Origin: an uncultured Actinomycetes bacterium | GTDB lineage: Bacteria; Actinomycetota; Thermoleophilia; Gaiellales; Gaiellaceae | DNA: 64,000 nt | Reading direction: 5' to 3' | Assembly: GCA_963776955.1 (NCBI GenBank) | Contig: CAVZOM010000003.1 | Location: 176,544 to 240,543 of the forward strand | In this document: positions 40,405 to 50,903 of the stretch, piece by piece | How the letters are laid out: every line of letters starts with the position of its first letter | How positions within the stretch are numbered: position 1 is the first letter of the stretch | Made by a program: the position numbers and the translations under genes | Notes under the pieces: model-generated | What the model was told of the DNA's origin: nothing | Databases searched by the model: none | What the model saw: the letters and a program-made list of their open reading frames with translations, nothing else

Positions 40405-40881
40405 GTGAAGGAAGTGATCCTCACTCCGGAGGGCTTCAAGAAGCTCAAGGAGGAGATCGAGCACCTGTCGAACGACAAGCGCCGCGAGGTCGCGGAGCGC
40501 ATCCGCGTCGCGCGTCAGTTCGGCGATATCACCGAGAACTCCGAGTACGACGACGCCAAGAACGACCAGGCGCTGCTCGAGCATCGCATCGCGGTCCTCG
40601 AGGAGAAGCTGGCGAACGCGCGCGTCATCACGAAGAAAGACATCGAGAAGGACGTCGTCTCGGTCGGCTCGCACGTGAAGCTGCGGGACGTCTCCGCGAA
40701 GGAGACGGTCGAGTACCACATCGTCGGCTCCGCGGAGGCGAACCCGGCCGAGTACAAGCTCTCGAACGAGTCGCCGGTCGGCAAGGCGATCATGGGCAAG
40801 AAGAAGGGCGAGACCGTCGAGGTTCAGACTCCTCGCGGCAAGGCCCTCAAGTACAAGATCCTGGACATCAAGGCCGCTTAG
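40405..40881 (+). CDS. greA: Transcription elongation factor GreA
   Basis: The GTG is preceded by GAGGAGG. 'LTPEGFKKLKEEIEHL...R.EVAERI..AR.FGDITENSEYDDAK' and the C-terminal 'SPVGKAIMGKKKGETVEV'. Confidence 0.9.
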   Translation: MKEVILTPEGFKKLKEEIEHLSNDKRREVAERIRVARQFGDITENSEYDDAKNDQALLEHRIAVLEEKLANARVITKKDIEKDVVSVGSHVKLRDVSAKETVEYHIVGSAEANPAEYKLSNESPVGKAIMGKKKGETVEVQTPRGKALKYKILDIKAA

Positions 40882-40921
40882 CCGCCGGCCACAGCCTGGG
40901 GGCGGCGACACTCCTATCGTT

Positions 40922-40967
40922 CGAGGGACTGTCCCTCGTAACGGAGTGGACGAGGGACTGTCCCTTG
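40922..40967. promoter_or_regulatory. Two tandem copies (29-nt period) of a 17-nt palindrome in the lysS leader
   Basis: CGAGGGACTGTCCCTCG (40922-40938, perfect) and CGAGGGACTGTCCCTTG (40951-40967). Each could form a 7-bp hairpin with a CUG loop or serve as a dimer-binding site. Confidence 0.4.
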
Positions 40968-40995
40968 TGAGAGGCGGCGCTTAGACTCGCGCGCT

Positions 40996-42360
40996 ATGGC
41001 TTTGCCCAAGAGGTTTTCCGACCGAGAGCAGATTGCTTCGGTTCGCGCCGACGCTGAGCAGGTCGAGCCCGGGGAGGAGGGTGGCGAGCCGCGGCGGGTG
41101 GCTGGACGCGTCATGGCTCGGCGGGACATGGGGAAGCTCGTCTTCCTCGACCTCGTCGACCGCTCCGGGAAGATCCAGCTGCTCGTGGCCGAGGATCGCG
41201 CGGGGCCCGTCGACCTCGACCTCGGCGACATCGTCGGCGTCACCGGCATTCCCGCGAAGACGAAGCGCGGCGAGCCGTCGCTTGCCGTCGACCGAGCATC
41301 GAACTGCTCGCCAAGATCAAGCGGCCGCTTCCCGACACCTATCACGGCCTGACCGACACGGAGACCCGCTACCGGCAGCGGTACGTCGACCTGCTGATGA
41401 GCGAGGAGTCGCGCGCCGACTTCGAGCTGCGCGCCCGCATGGTGACCGCGATCCGGCGCTACCTCGACGATCGCGGCTTCATCGAGGTCGAGACGCCGAT
41501 CCTCCAGCCCCGCTACGGCGGCGCTCTCGCCGAGCCGTTCGTGACGCACTCGAACGAGCTCGACCAGGACCTCTACCTGCGGATCGCGACCGAGCTCTAT
41601 CTCAAGCGGCTGATCGTCGGCGGGCTCGAGCGCGTCTACGAGCTCGCCAAGGACTTCCGCAACGAGGGCGTGTCCTACAAGCACGCGCCCGAGTTCACGA
41701 TGGTCGAGTGGTACGAGGCCTACGCGGACTACGAGGACACGATGCACCGCATCGAGGAGCTCGTCGAGGACGTCGCGCAGCAGACGATCGGGACGACGAA
41801 GGTCACGTTCCGCGGCCACGAGATCGACCTCAAGGCGCCGTGGAAGCGACTGAAGCTCGTCGACGCTCTGGAGGAGAAGGGCCTCTGGACTCGCGACGCC
41901 GACGACCTCCGCAAGCGGCTCGAGGAGCGGGAAGTCGACACGAGCGCCAACGATTCCTGGAGCCGGCTCGTCGACCACGCGCTCAGCCACTTCGTCGAGC
42001 CCGAGCTGATCGAGCCGACGATCCTCCACGACTACCCGGTCGAGCTCTCGCCGTTCGCGCGGCCGACCGACGAGGACCGAGTCGATCGTCGAGCGCTTCG
42101 AGTTCTTCATCGGCGGGATGGAGCTCGGCAACGCGTTCACGGAGATCAACGACCCCGACGAGCAGGCCGAGCGCTTCGCCCAGCAGGCCGCGGACACAGC
42201 CGGCCAGCAGGGCGACCCGGATTACGTCGAGGCGCTCGCCTACGGGATGCCGCCGACCGGGGGACTGGGCCTCGGCATCGACCGACTCGCGATGGTGCTC
42301 ACCGGCAAGGAGAACATCCGCGACACGATTCTCTTCCCGGCTCTGCGCGAGCGGACTTGA
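40996..42360 (+). CDS. lysS: Lysine--tRNA ligase, class II; frame changes near 41290 and 42075
   Basis: OB domain '[28 protein letters not shown]', '[12 protein letters not shown]', '[14 protein letters not shown]', 'FRNEG', '[18 protein letters not shown]', '[15 protein letters not shown]'. Confidence 0.9.
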
Positions 42361-42392
42361 CAAAGTAAGAGTTATCTCTAATTATTCTGCGG

Positions 42393-42707
42393 ATGGTGAA
42401 CGATCCGTTCTCGGTGCTCGCCGATCCGACCCGCCGCAGGGTGCTGGAGCTCTTGAGCGACAGACCCCGCCGGGCGGGCGAGCTCGCGTCGGCCGCCAAG
42501 ACGTCGGCGCCGGTCATGAGCCGGCACCTGCGGATCCTGCTCGAGTCCGGCTTCGTCGCGGACGAGCGTGTCCTCGACGACGCGCGTGCCCGCGTTTTCC
42601 GCCTGCGACGTGAGCCCATCGGCGACGTCCAGGCTTGGCTCGATCAGCTCCAGGCTCACTGGAACGAGCAGCTGAAGTCCTTCAAGCGCCACGTGGAGGG
42701 TAAGTGA
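42393..42707 (+). CDS. ArsR/SmtB-family transcriptional regulator
   Basis: Intact 104 aa. 'FSVLADPTRRRVLELL...PRRAGELASAAKTSAPVMSRHLRILLESGFV'. Confidence 0.85.
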   Translation: MVNDPFSVLADPTRRRVLELLSDRPRRAGELASAAKTSAPVMSRHLRILLESGFVADERVLDDARARVFRLRREPIGDVQAWLDQLQAHWNEQLKSFKRHVEGK

Positions 42708-43483
42708 GCGAGCGGTCCGCGACGGCTGAGGTCGAGGTCGCCGCCGATCCGTCAAGCGCCTTCGACACGTTCACGAATGAGATCGACGCGTGGTGGGTTC
42801 GTGGCGCGATCAACTTCTTCGACGCTGCGCGGGCGATCGAAATGAAGATCGAGCCCGGCGTGGACGGTCGTGTCCTCGAGGTCTACGACGGCGACGCGCT
42901 CGAGCTCGGCCGGATTACCGCGTGGGAGCCAGGGGCGAGGCTCGCGTATCGCAGCAGCGTGGACGACTCCGAGATCGACGTCCGCTTCGAGTCGGTCGAG
43001 GGCGGCACTCGCGTGCGTGTTACGCAGACGCTCGTCCCCGGCGGCGAGAAGATGTTCGCCTACTGGCCGAGGACGCTGCAGTGGTTCGCCTCGTGGTTCG
43101 GCAAGGGCCGGCCGAAGGAGATCGCGCCGCTCAGCATCGCGCTCTACTACGAGCAGCCGGTCGAGGCCGCGCACTGGCTGGAGCGCGTCTTCCAGCTTCG
43201 CTCCTGGACGGACATCCTGGAGACCGAGGAGGGTACGTGGATCGAGTTCCACCACGGCAACGTGGCGATCCTGCTGTTCGAGGGCGAACGGGACGGCGCC
43301 TCGACGGACATGCCCTGGGTGTACGTCGACGACCTCGATGCCCACTTCGCCCATGCACAGGCCGAAGGGGCGACGATCGTCAAGGAGATCCACCAGCAGG
43401 GCTACCGCGCGTACGAGGCAGAAGATCTGGAAGGACGCCGCTGGACGTTCGCCCAGGCGCGGCCGACGATGTCAGAGCCCTAG
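42704..43483 (+). CDS. SRPBCC (AHSA1-like) domain fused to a glyoxalase/VOC domain
   Basis: Intact 259 aa and translationally coupled to the ArsR gene. The N-terminal half 'AFDTFTNEIDAWW...RITAWEPGARLAY' is SRPBCC-like. The C-terminal half 'EFHHGNVAILLFEG...VYVDDLDAHFAHAQAEGATIVKEI..Q.YG.R.YEAEDLEGRRWTF' is VOC-like. Confidence 0.65.
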   Translation: MSERSATAEVEVAADPSSAFDTFTNEIDAWWVRGAINFFDAARAIEMKIEPGVDGRVLEVYDGDALELGRITAWEPGARLAYRSSVDDSEIDVRFESVEGGTRVRVTQTLVPGGEKMFAYWPRTLQWFASWFGKGRPKEIAPLSIALYYEQPVEAAHWLERVFQLRSWTDILETEEGTWIEFHHGNVAILLFEGERDGASTDMPWVYVDDLDAHFAHAQAEGATIVKEIHQQGYRAYEAEDLEGRRWTFAQARPTMSEP

Positions 43484-45860
43484 CCGCTCGAGGGCGGTGC
43501 TGACGAACGAGCGGACGTCGGTCACCGAGCTCCCGTCGTCGTCGTGGTTCGGAATCCAGCGGATCTCCTCGATCGTCTCCGTAGCCACGACTTCGAAGCG
43601 GCCGTTCTTGCGGACGACCTCGTACGCGTTGATCTTCCCGTCCTGCTGCGCGACGTAGAGACGCGCGTCCGGCCCGAACTGTAGGACGGTCGGGTTGTAC
43701 GACGAGGTTCCTTCGAGCGCCTGGCGCTGGAAGCGGGAGCGGGGTGGAAGGAGCGAGGGCCTATGCAAGCTGCCGCAGCCAAGCGCGCCTGGGGGGAAGT
43801 AGGCCTCGTGGACGTCACCCGGATGCTCGCCGCCCTGAGTCTCCCCCCCGGCAGCGATGTAGACGGCACCTCCGCAGACGACCGCCTGAATCCCGTGCCG
43901 CGCAGTCGGCATCGGGTCGAGCGCACGCCAGCTGTCGCGCCGGACGTCGTACGCCTCGACCTTCGTGTGCGCGCGGTTCGCATCTTCCCCGCCGATCACC
44001 AGAATCTCGTCGCCGAGCACGGCGGCCGCGAAACCTCCCCGCTTCGTCGGGATCGGAGCAAGCCCGGTCGTCCAGCGACCCGTCCTGAAGTCGAAGGCAT
44101 CGGTCTCGGAGTACTCCTTCCCGAGCTCGCTGTCGCGCCCGCCGATCGCGTACAGCTTGCCGCCGACGACGGCCGCCTGGAAATGGTCGCGGGGGCGCGG
44201 CATATCGGGGAGCCGCGACCACGAATCACGCTTCGGGTCGTAGACATCGAACCAGGTGACGGCTCGCCCCTCGTTGAGGCCACCGGCGTAATAGATCTTC
44301 CCGTCGTGCGCGGCGACGCCGCCTGCCCCACGTCCACGCGGCATGGAACGACGCGTGGAGAAGCGGTCTGTCGAGGGGTCGTACAGGTACACGGAGTGGA
44401 CATGAGGCTGTGGCCAGCCCGCCAAGCCGCCGATGTAGTAGATCTGCCCGTCCAGCCCGACTCCCTGGATATGGTCGAGGTTGCGCGGCAGTGGAGCGAC
44501 GTTCCGCCAGGAGCCCGCCTTCGGGTCATAGACCTGCTGAGCGGTGGCTCCGCCTGCCAGGTAGAAACGCACACCGGCACGGACGAAGCTGACCTCCTGC
44601 CGTTCGAGACCAGTCGGCGTCAGTGACTCCCATCCCCCCGCCACCAGGATCCGCGGCTGGAACGCGTAGAGGTTCGGCGTCGTCGTCGGCTGGACGAAGC
44701 CGTTGTAGTTCGCGACCCAGATCGTCCCCGGAAACGGGTCGCGGTCACCCTGGGCCGTCACGTCGAGCGGTGCCGGCCCGGTGACCAGGGGGCTCTTGAC
44801 CGCTCGATCGCCGCGTGCGTTGAGCACGATCCGGTAGACGTTGCCGTCGAAGCTCGCGGCGAGGAGGTCGCCCTTTATCGCGCCGCCGAAGCTCGAAGCC
44901 GTGTACTCGGCGAGACCGTTGGTCGAGGTGGAGAAGAGGACGACGGGCTCGCGGTTCTCCGGTTGGCGATAGTCGCACTCGATTGGGTTCGCCCGCTCGA
45001 CCGGAGACTTCCCGTCGAACGTGTTGGCTCGATTCCCGCGAGTCGGGTTCGGGTGGCCGTAGTACCCGCCGGGCAGCACGAGGTGGAGGCTGTCCTCGTC
45101 GTAGTGGCCGGGCTCGCGCGGCTCGTTCGTGCATCGGCCGTCCGGGCCCTCGAGGGCCGGCGGGTCTCCCCAGTTCTTGGCGCCGCCGTTCTGGCTTGTG
45201 TAGAGGCGGCCCTTGCTCGTGAGCACGACGTCGTAGGAGTTGCGGAAGCCCGCCGCGTGGACCTGCACCGGCCCTCCCGTCACGAGCCTGGCCTGGTTGC
45301 TCCCGCGCTCGCCGCCGAAGGGATCGTCGCCGCCGTCGAGGGTCGGCAGGTCGTACGTGCTCTCGCCGATGCGCCCCAGGTCGACCCTGAGGACGGCGGC
45401 CGAGAGCGCGTACTCGGGGAGGTTGCCGAGCAGCTCCGAGGGCGCGCCGGCGTTCGTGTTGCTGCCCTGCGCGACGTAGAGCGTCTGCCTCGCAGGATCG
45501 AGTGCGAGCCCGTTCGTCGCGTGATCCTCCTCGCTGCGCGGAAGCCCTCGGACGAGATCGAGGCGTTCCCACTCCGAGCCTGTCCACGTCAGGCGTGAGA
45601 TCACCCCTGAGTTCGTGTCCACGTCCCGGTCCTTGCCCGAGAGCCCGGCGCCGATCCGCGGGTCGCTCGAGCTCACGTAGAGGACGGGGTGGGACGGCGT
45701 GCCGACGACCAGCATTCCCGTGACCAGCCGCTCGCCGGCGATGCCGTAGCCCAGAGCCGCGAGCCACTGCTGGGGGAGGAGCGACAGAGCGAGAAGCGAC
45801 GCGGCTGCGAGCACGGACCAGGGCCGCGGCCACCGCGGCGATCCACTTGGCGATGCGCAC
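43472..45860 (-). CDS. Large secreted multi-beta-propeller protein with a central Kelch-repeat domain; one frame change near 45815
   Basis: The signal 'MRIAKWIAAVAAALV' is in the frame of ORF 44745..45860 and joins the 780-aa ORF 43472..45814. Kelch-like blades: 'IYYIGGL', 'IYYAGGL', 'LYAIGGR', 'ILVIGGE', 'VYIAAGG'. The flanking parts resemble glucose/sorbosone-dehydrogenase-type propellers ('LYVAQGSNTN', 'LYVAQQDG'). Confidence 0.65.
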
Positions 45861-45904
45861 GGCGCAACCCTAACGACGACCTACGTCGGCTTTACGGTAC
45901 GGCT

Positions 45905-46576
45905 GTGCGGCCAGGAGAATCGCTGGCGGCCTTCGTGGTGCGAGTCGGCATCCGCATCGCCATCCTGGCCGTCCTCGTCCAGACCGTCGCGCACCTCGGG
46001 AACGAGTTCCTCCTCGACGACCGGGTCGAGGGGATCGATGCGGACATCGAAGGGAACTCCTTCACCTGGGCGAGCTCCGTGGCGACCTTTACCGTCGCCT
46101 GGGCGGCGGCCCTGCACGCCGCAGCGTTCGAGCGTCAGCGCCGAGAGTTCTCCGTGCTCGCCGGGCTCGCGCTCTGGTTCTCGCTCGACGACGTGGCGAT
46201 CATCCACGAGCGGGTCGCGCTCGAGCTCGGCGAGGACCTCCTGGGCATGCCCGACTACCTGGCGGTCCGTCTCTGGCTCATCCTCTACCTGCCGCTGCTC
46301 CTCCTGGCCGGGGTGGTGCTGTGGCGAATCGCGCAGGAGGCGCAACCGCCGGCCGACCGAGCCGTGCGTCTCGGCCTTGGCCTGCTCGTCGCCTCGATCC
46401 CGGTCGAGCTCGCAGGCGCCGTGACGCGAAAACTGGCGGAGAGGGGAACCACCGACGTGCCCGAGACGTTCCGCATCGTGATCGAAGAGGGCCTCGAGCT
46501 CGGAGGCTGGATCCTGCTCGCGTCCGGCTTGACCGCGATCCTCGTGTCCGCTCTGATGCGAACTGCTTCCCGATGA
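45905..46576 (+). CDS. Hypothetical polytopic membrane protein
   Basis: There are 5-6 hydrophobic segments ('[14 protein letters not shown]', '[16 protein letters not shown]', '[10 protein letters not shown]', '[18 protein letters not shown]', '[16 protein letters not shown]', '[18 protein letters not shown]'). The stop overlaps the rfbF start. No family recognised. Confidence 0.5.
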   Translation: MRPGESLAAFVVRVGIRIAILAVLVQTVAHLGNEFLLDDRVEGIDADIEGNSFTWASSVATFTVAWAAALHAAAFERQRREFSVLAGLALWFSLDDVAIIHERVALELGEDLLGMPDYLAVRLWLILYLPLLLLAGVVLWRIAQEAQPPADRAVRLGLGLLVASIPVELAGAVTRKLAERGTTDVPETFRIVIEEGLELGGWILLASGLTAILVSALMRTASR

Positions 46577-47340
46577 AGACGGTCATCCTCGCCGGCGGCT
46601 ACGGGACTCGCATCAGCGAGGAGAGCGCCGTCCGCCCGAAGCCGATGGTCGAGATCGGCGAGAAGCCGATTCTCTGGCACATCATGAAGATCTACGCCGC
46701 GCACGGGATCGACGAGTTCGTGATCGCGGCGGGCTACCGCGGCTACCTGATCAAGGAGTACTTCGCGAACTACTACCTGCACGCGACGGACATCACGGTC
46801 GATCTCCGAAAGCGCGAGATCAAGACGCTTGCCTCGAGCGCCGAGCCGTGGACGGTGACCGTCGTCGACACCGGCGACGGCACGATGACCGGCGGCCGGC
46901 TGAAGCGCGTCCGTGAGCATGTGGGCGACGAAACGTTCTGCCTCACGTACGGCGACTGCGTCACTGATCTCGACGTGGCCAAGGAGGTCGAGTTCCATCG
47001 CGACTCGGGTGCGCTGGCAACGCTGGCCGCGGTCCAGCCGCCGGGCCGCTTCGGCGTCCTCAGCCTCGAGGACGACCGCGTGACGTCGTTCCTGGAGAAG
47101 CCGGCAGGCGAGGGCGGCTGGGTGAACGGCGGGTTCTTCGTCGTCGAGCCCGAGGTTCTCGACTCGATCGAAGGCGACGAGACGGTCTGGGAGCGCGAGC
47201 CGATGGAGCGGCTCGCGAACGAGGACCGGCTCGCGGCGTACAAGCACTCCGGCTTCTGGCATCCGATGGACACGCTGCGCGACAAGGCCGTGCTCGAGGA
47301 TCTCTGGGCGTCGGGTGAGGCGCCCTGGAAGATCTGGTAG
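46573..47340 (+). CDS. rfbF: Glucose-1-phosphate cytidylyltransferase
   Basis: Intact 255 aa. '[41 protein letters not shown]', 'TGGRL', '[20 protein letters not shown]'. Confidence 0.88.
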   Translation: MKTVILAGGYGTRISEESAVRPKPMVEIGEKPILWHIMKIYAAHGIDEFVIAAGYRGYLIKEYFANYYLHATDITVDLRKREIKTLASSAEPWTVTVVDTGDGTMTGGRLKRVREHVGDETFCLTYGDCVTDLDVAKEVEFHRDSGALATLAAVQPPGRFGVLSLEDDRVTSFLEKPAGEGGWVNGGFFVVEPEVLDSIEGDETVWEREPMERLANEDRLAAYKHSGFWHPMDTLRDKAVLEDLWASGEAPWKIW

Positions 47341-47375
47341 TCAGCGGCGCGCAGGTCCCAGCGCTCCCATGTCGG

Positions 47376-48663
47376 TCATGCGAAGGCGTCGGCCTGCTCT
47401 TGGCGCAGTCGGTCGCTGAGCCGGCTCTCCGGAATCTCGACATCGGCGTAGGTGAGCACCTCGTCCCGGCTGACGTTCCGCTTCAGGCGGCAGCCCTCGG
47501 CGAGCCCGATCGGCAGCAACTCATCGGTTGCGACGACGTCGGAGTTCTCGGCGAGCCCGTAGGTCATGTACCCGCCGAGCCCGTCGAGGGTCGTCGCCGG
47601 CGGACAGGTCGGTCTTGGCTGCGGCGACCACGTCGACCTGGGGCGGCCCGACCGGCGCGATCGTGGCGTCGCCGAGCAGGACGGCGCGCGCGACGGTGTT
47701 CGGCACCTCGAAGTGGCAGAGGTGATAGGGCGTGTAGAAGCAGTAGAGCGGCCCCTCGCCGAGCTTGTAGAGGTTCAGGTAGTGCTGCTGGAGCGGGTTG
47801 TCGTGCGTGCCGAGCACGAAGATGCCCGGGCTTGGGGCCGCGCCGACGACATAGTCGACGAGCCCCTGACCAGCCTCGACGTGAGAGCTCCTTGGCGGCT
47901 TCCTCGATCGGCGTTCCGGCCTCGACCTCCGGGCCATGCATCCCGCGGCGGGAGACACGCATGCCGGTCGCGTTCGCGACGATCGCCTGCTCGAACGAGA
48001 TCTTCGTCCCGTCGGCGAACGAGGTCACCATCTGCGGGTTCTGGCCCCAGCGGGCGGCGAACTCGGCCTGCGTCGTCGGCGTTGCGGTAGGGGTCATGGA
48101 GGCCCTTGATGTTGCCGCAGAGCACCGGCGTCACACCCAGTCCGCGCACGAACCGGTAGAGGTTCATCTGCACCCCGGGCTGATCGCCGTCGGCGTTCGT
48201 GAGCACGACGCCGGCCCGGTCGGCGTAGGTCTTCAGGATCGGGCCGAGCGTGCCGTCGACCTCGGCGTTCATCAGCACGACGTGCTTGCCGGCCTCGATC
48301 GCGGCGAGCGTCACCTGGGCCGCGAGCTCGACGGTGCCCGTGACCTCGATCACCGCGTCGACGGCCTCCGCCTGGGCCACGAGCAGCGGATCGTCCGTCA
48401 CGGCCGGCTTGCCTTCGCCGATCGCTTGCTCGAGCTCGCTCGCGCCCTCGACGTGACGCACGTCTTCCGCGCCGCACCAGCGCGTAGGCCTCCCGGGCCC
48501 TGTCGACCGTGCGGTTCGCGATCGCCACGAGCTCCATGCCGGGGGTCGCGGTCGCGATCTGAAGTGCGATCCCGCGGCCCATGAAACCGGCGCCGACCAT
48601 CGCCACGCGCACCGGCCGCCCTTCCTCCTCGCGCCGCTCGAGGAGCCGGTCGAGGACGATCAT
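47376..48663 (-). CDS. NAD(P)-dependent oxidoreductase with a C-terminal SAF domain (COG4091-type 'homoserine dehydrogenase-like'); several frame changes
   Basis: Rossmann fold 'VRVAMVGAGFMGRGIA', then 'VIEVTGTVELAAQVTLAAIEAGKHVVLMNAEVDGTLGP', 'LCGNIKG', 'YCFYTPYHLCHFEVPNTVARAVL'. The SAF-like end reads 'LPIGLAEGCRLKRNVSRDEVLTYADVE'. Confidence 0.65.
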
Positions 48664-49198
48664 CCCGTGAAGTCTGGCCAGCTCCTGTCCTTCTCGGACA
48701 GGACCGCGTTGGCCGGGTCGGGCCACTCGATGCCGAAGGCGGGGTCGTCCCAGCGCACCCCGTCCTCGGCCTCGGGCGTGTAGTACTCGGACACTTGGTA
48801 GAAGGTCTCGGTGTCGGGCGCGAGCGTCTGGTAGCCGTGTGCGAACCCCTTCGGCACGTAGAGCGCCCGCCGCGTTGTCGGCGTCGAGCTCGACGCCGAT
48901 CCAGCGCTTGTAGGTCGCCGACTCCGGGACGCAGGTCGATGATCACGTCGTAGATCGCGCCGCGGGTGCAGCGGACGAGCTTGTCCTCCGCGTGCGGCTC
49001 GACCTGGAAGTGCATGCCGCGCAGCGATCCCCTTGCGTGTGTTGAACGAGAGATTCGCCTGCACGAGACGTCGTCGACGAGGCCGTGCTGCGCGAACTCG
49101 TCTGCGCACCAGGCGCGCGCGAAGAAGCCGCGCTCGTCTTCTCGGCGCTCGAGGTCGACCACGTACGCGCCCGGCAGCTCGGTCTCGGTGAAGATCAT
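48660..49198 (-). CDS. Sugar-nucleotide 3,5-epimerase (RfbC/cupin family); 2-3 frame changes
   Basis: 'MIFTETELPGAYVVDLERREDERGFFARAW', 'LRGMHFQ..PHAE.KLVRCTRGAIYDVIIDLR', 'ALYVPKGFAHGYQTL', 'YQVSEYY.PE.E.GVRWDDPAFGIEWP'. Confidence 0.75.
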
Positions 49199-49206
49199 CG
49201 CGGCGC

Positions 49207-50249
49207 CTAGCGTACGCGGGCGGCCCGCCAGCGAAGCTCGGGATCGAGCTCGCCGCGGTCGAGCAGCAGGCGCAGGTGCTTCAGCCGGATGTACCGGTCG
49301 CCCTCGAACTCCTCGAGCGTGAGGCCGATCTCGCGATAGGCGTCGAGGAGCTCGCGCGCGCCCTCGCGCGCGTTCCAGCGCAGGCCGGCGTCGGGGAACG
49401 CCTCGTGGAACCTCGTGAAGTCGACGCGGTAGCTCCGTGGATCCGGGTCGCCGCTCCCCGCGTACTCGATCTCGCAGTCACCGACGGTCTCCGCGACGAT
49501 CTCGGCCAGGTCGCGCACCTGGTAGTTCTCCTCGCTTCGGCCGGCGTTGAAGGCCTGGCCGCTGACCGTGTCGCGGTCGGCCGTCGAGAACGGCGAGCAT
49601 CGCCCGTGCGATGTCTTCGATGTGGATCAGCGGGCGCCAGGGCGTGCCGTCGCTCATGATCTTCACCTTGCCCGTCGTGAACGCCCAGCCGACGAGGTTG
49701 TTGAGCACGAGGTCGAGCGCGAAGGCGCGGCGAGACGCCGTAGGCGGTTGCGTAGCGCAGTGAGACCGGCGCGAAGTCGTCGTCGGCGAGCTCGGCGAGC
49801 GCCTCCTCGGAGAGCACTTTCGACTCCGCGTACGCAGTCAGCGGCTTGAGCGGCGCGCTCTCGTCCACGGGGCTGCCCTCCTCGGAGGCGCCGTACATGC
49901 TGCATGAGGAGGAGAAGACGAAACGGCCGACGCCGGCCTCCTTGGCGGCGCGCGCGAGCCGCACCGTCGCCTCGAAGTTGATCGCCTTCGTCAGCTCGGG
50001 GCTGAGGTCGCCCAACGGGTCGTTCGAGAGGGCGGCCAGATGGACGACGGCGTCATAGCCGGCGAGCGCGCCGGAATCGGCGTCACGGAGGTCGAGCCGC
50101 AGCGCGGGATAGTCCTCCGGCTCGTCGCGAAGGTCGCAGCCCTCGTAGAAGAACGTGTCGAGGCCCGTCACCTCGTGACCGGCCGCGCGCAGGAGCGGCC
50201 CCGTCACCGAGCCGATGTAGCCGTGGTGGCCGGTGAGGAGGACCTTCAC
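49207..50249 (-). CDS. NAD-dependent epimerase/dehydratase (extended SDR); several frame changes
   Basis: 'VKVLLTGHHGYIGS', 'VVHLAALSND', 'FVFSSSCSMYG', 'YAESK' (YxxxK), C-terminal 'DPRSYRVDFTRFHEAFP'. Confidence 0.8.
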
Positions 50250-50903
50250 GTCAGCGCCTCTGCCGCCGCCAGCGCCTCGGGCGTGCCGATGTCGAGCATG
50301 CGACCGCTCAGGACGACTGCGGCGACCTGCGCGTCCGTCGAAGAAGTGCCCGGGCGAGGGACTGCGCTCGAGACCCGCGAGCGCTCCGACCCGGGCGACG
50401 AAGCAACCCCAGACGAGGTTGCCGGGCGGATCGGGCTCTTTCACGTGCACGCGCTGGACGAAGCCTCGCTCGTCCAGCACGACCACATCCGAGCGCTCGG
50501 GCTCGTCCGACTCGAAGACTCCGAGCACGATGTCGGCAGCGTCGTCAAGTCGTGCGAGCAACTGCACGAAGCCGTCAATCGGCTCCCAGAGAGTGTCGGG
50601 CAAGCCGACGAGCACCGCGTCGGACTGATCCAGCCCGCGCAGGCCGAGCACGATCGAGGCCGAGAGGGTCGCGGGAGTGCCCGTGATCACGCTGGCGCCG
50701 AGCTCGCGGGCGTGCTCGATCACGTCCAGCTTCTCCGGGCGCGTGACGACACGGAGCTCCTGGCAGTCGGCGGCCCGGAGCCGCTCGACCAGGTGATCCA
50801 TCACCGGTCGGCCACCGACCGGGTAGACCTCCTTCGAGCACGGAAGCGGCTGCAGGCGTTCGGCGTGCCCCGCCGCCGGTACGACGGCGACGAGCCGGCT
50901 CAT
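50246..50903 (-). CDS. Sugar-phosphate nucleotidyltransferase (second NTP-transferase of the locus); frame change near 50330
   Basis: 'LVAVVPAAGHAERLQPLPCSKEVYPVGGRPVMDHLVERL' has an NTP_transferase-like G-rich loop. The start overlaps the upstream stop (ATGA) and the stop overlaps the next start (GTGA). Confidence 0.7.

Noticed and set aside
40881-40906. GCCGCC...GGCGGC stem after greA, considered as an intrinsic terminator.
   Set aside because: It has a 14-nt loop, only 6 bp of stem and no following T-tract.
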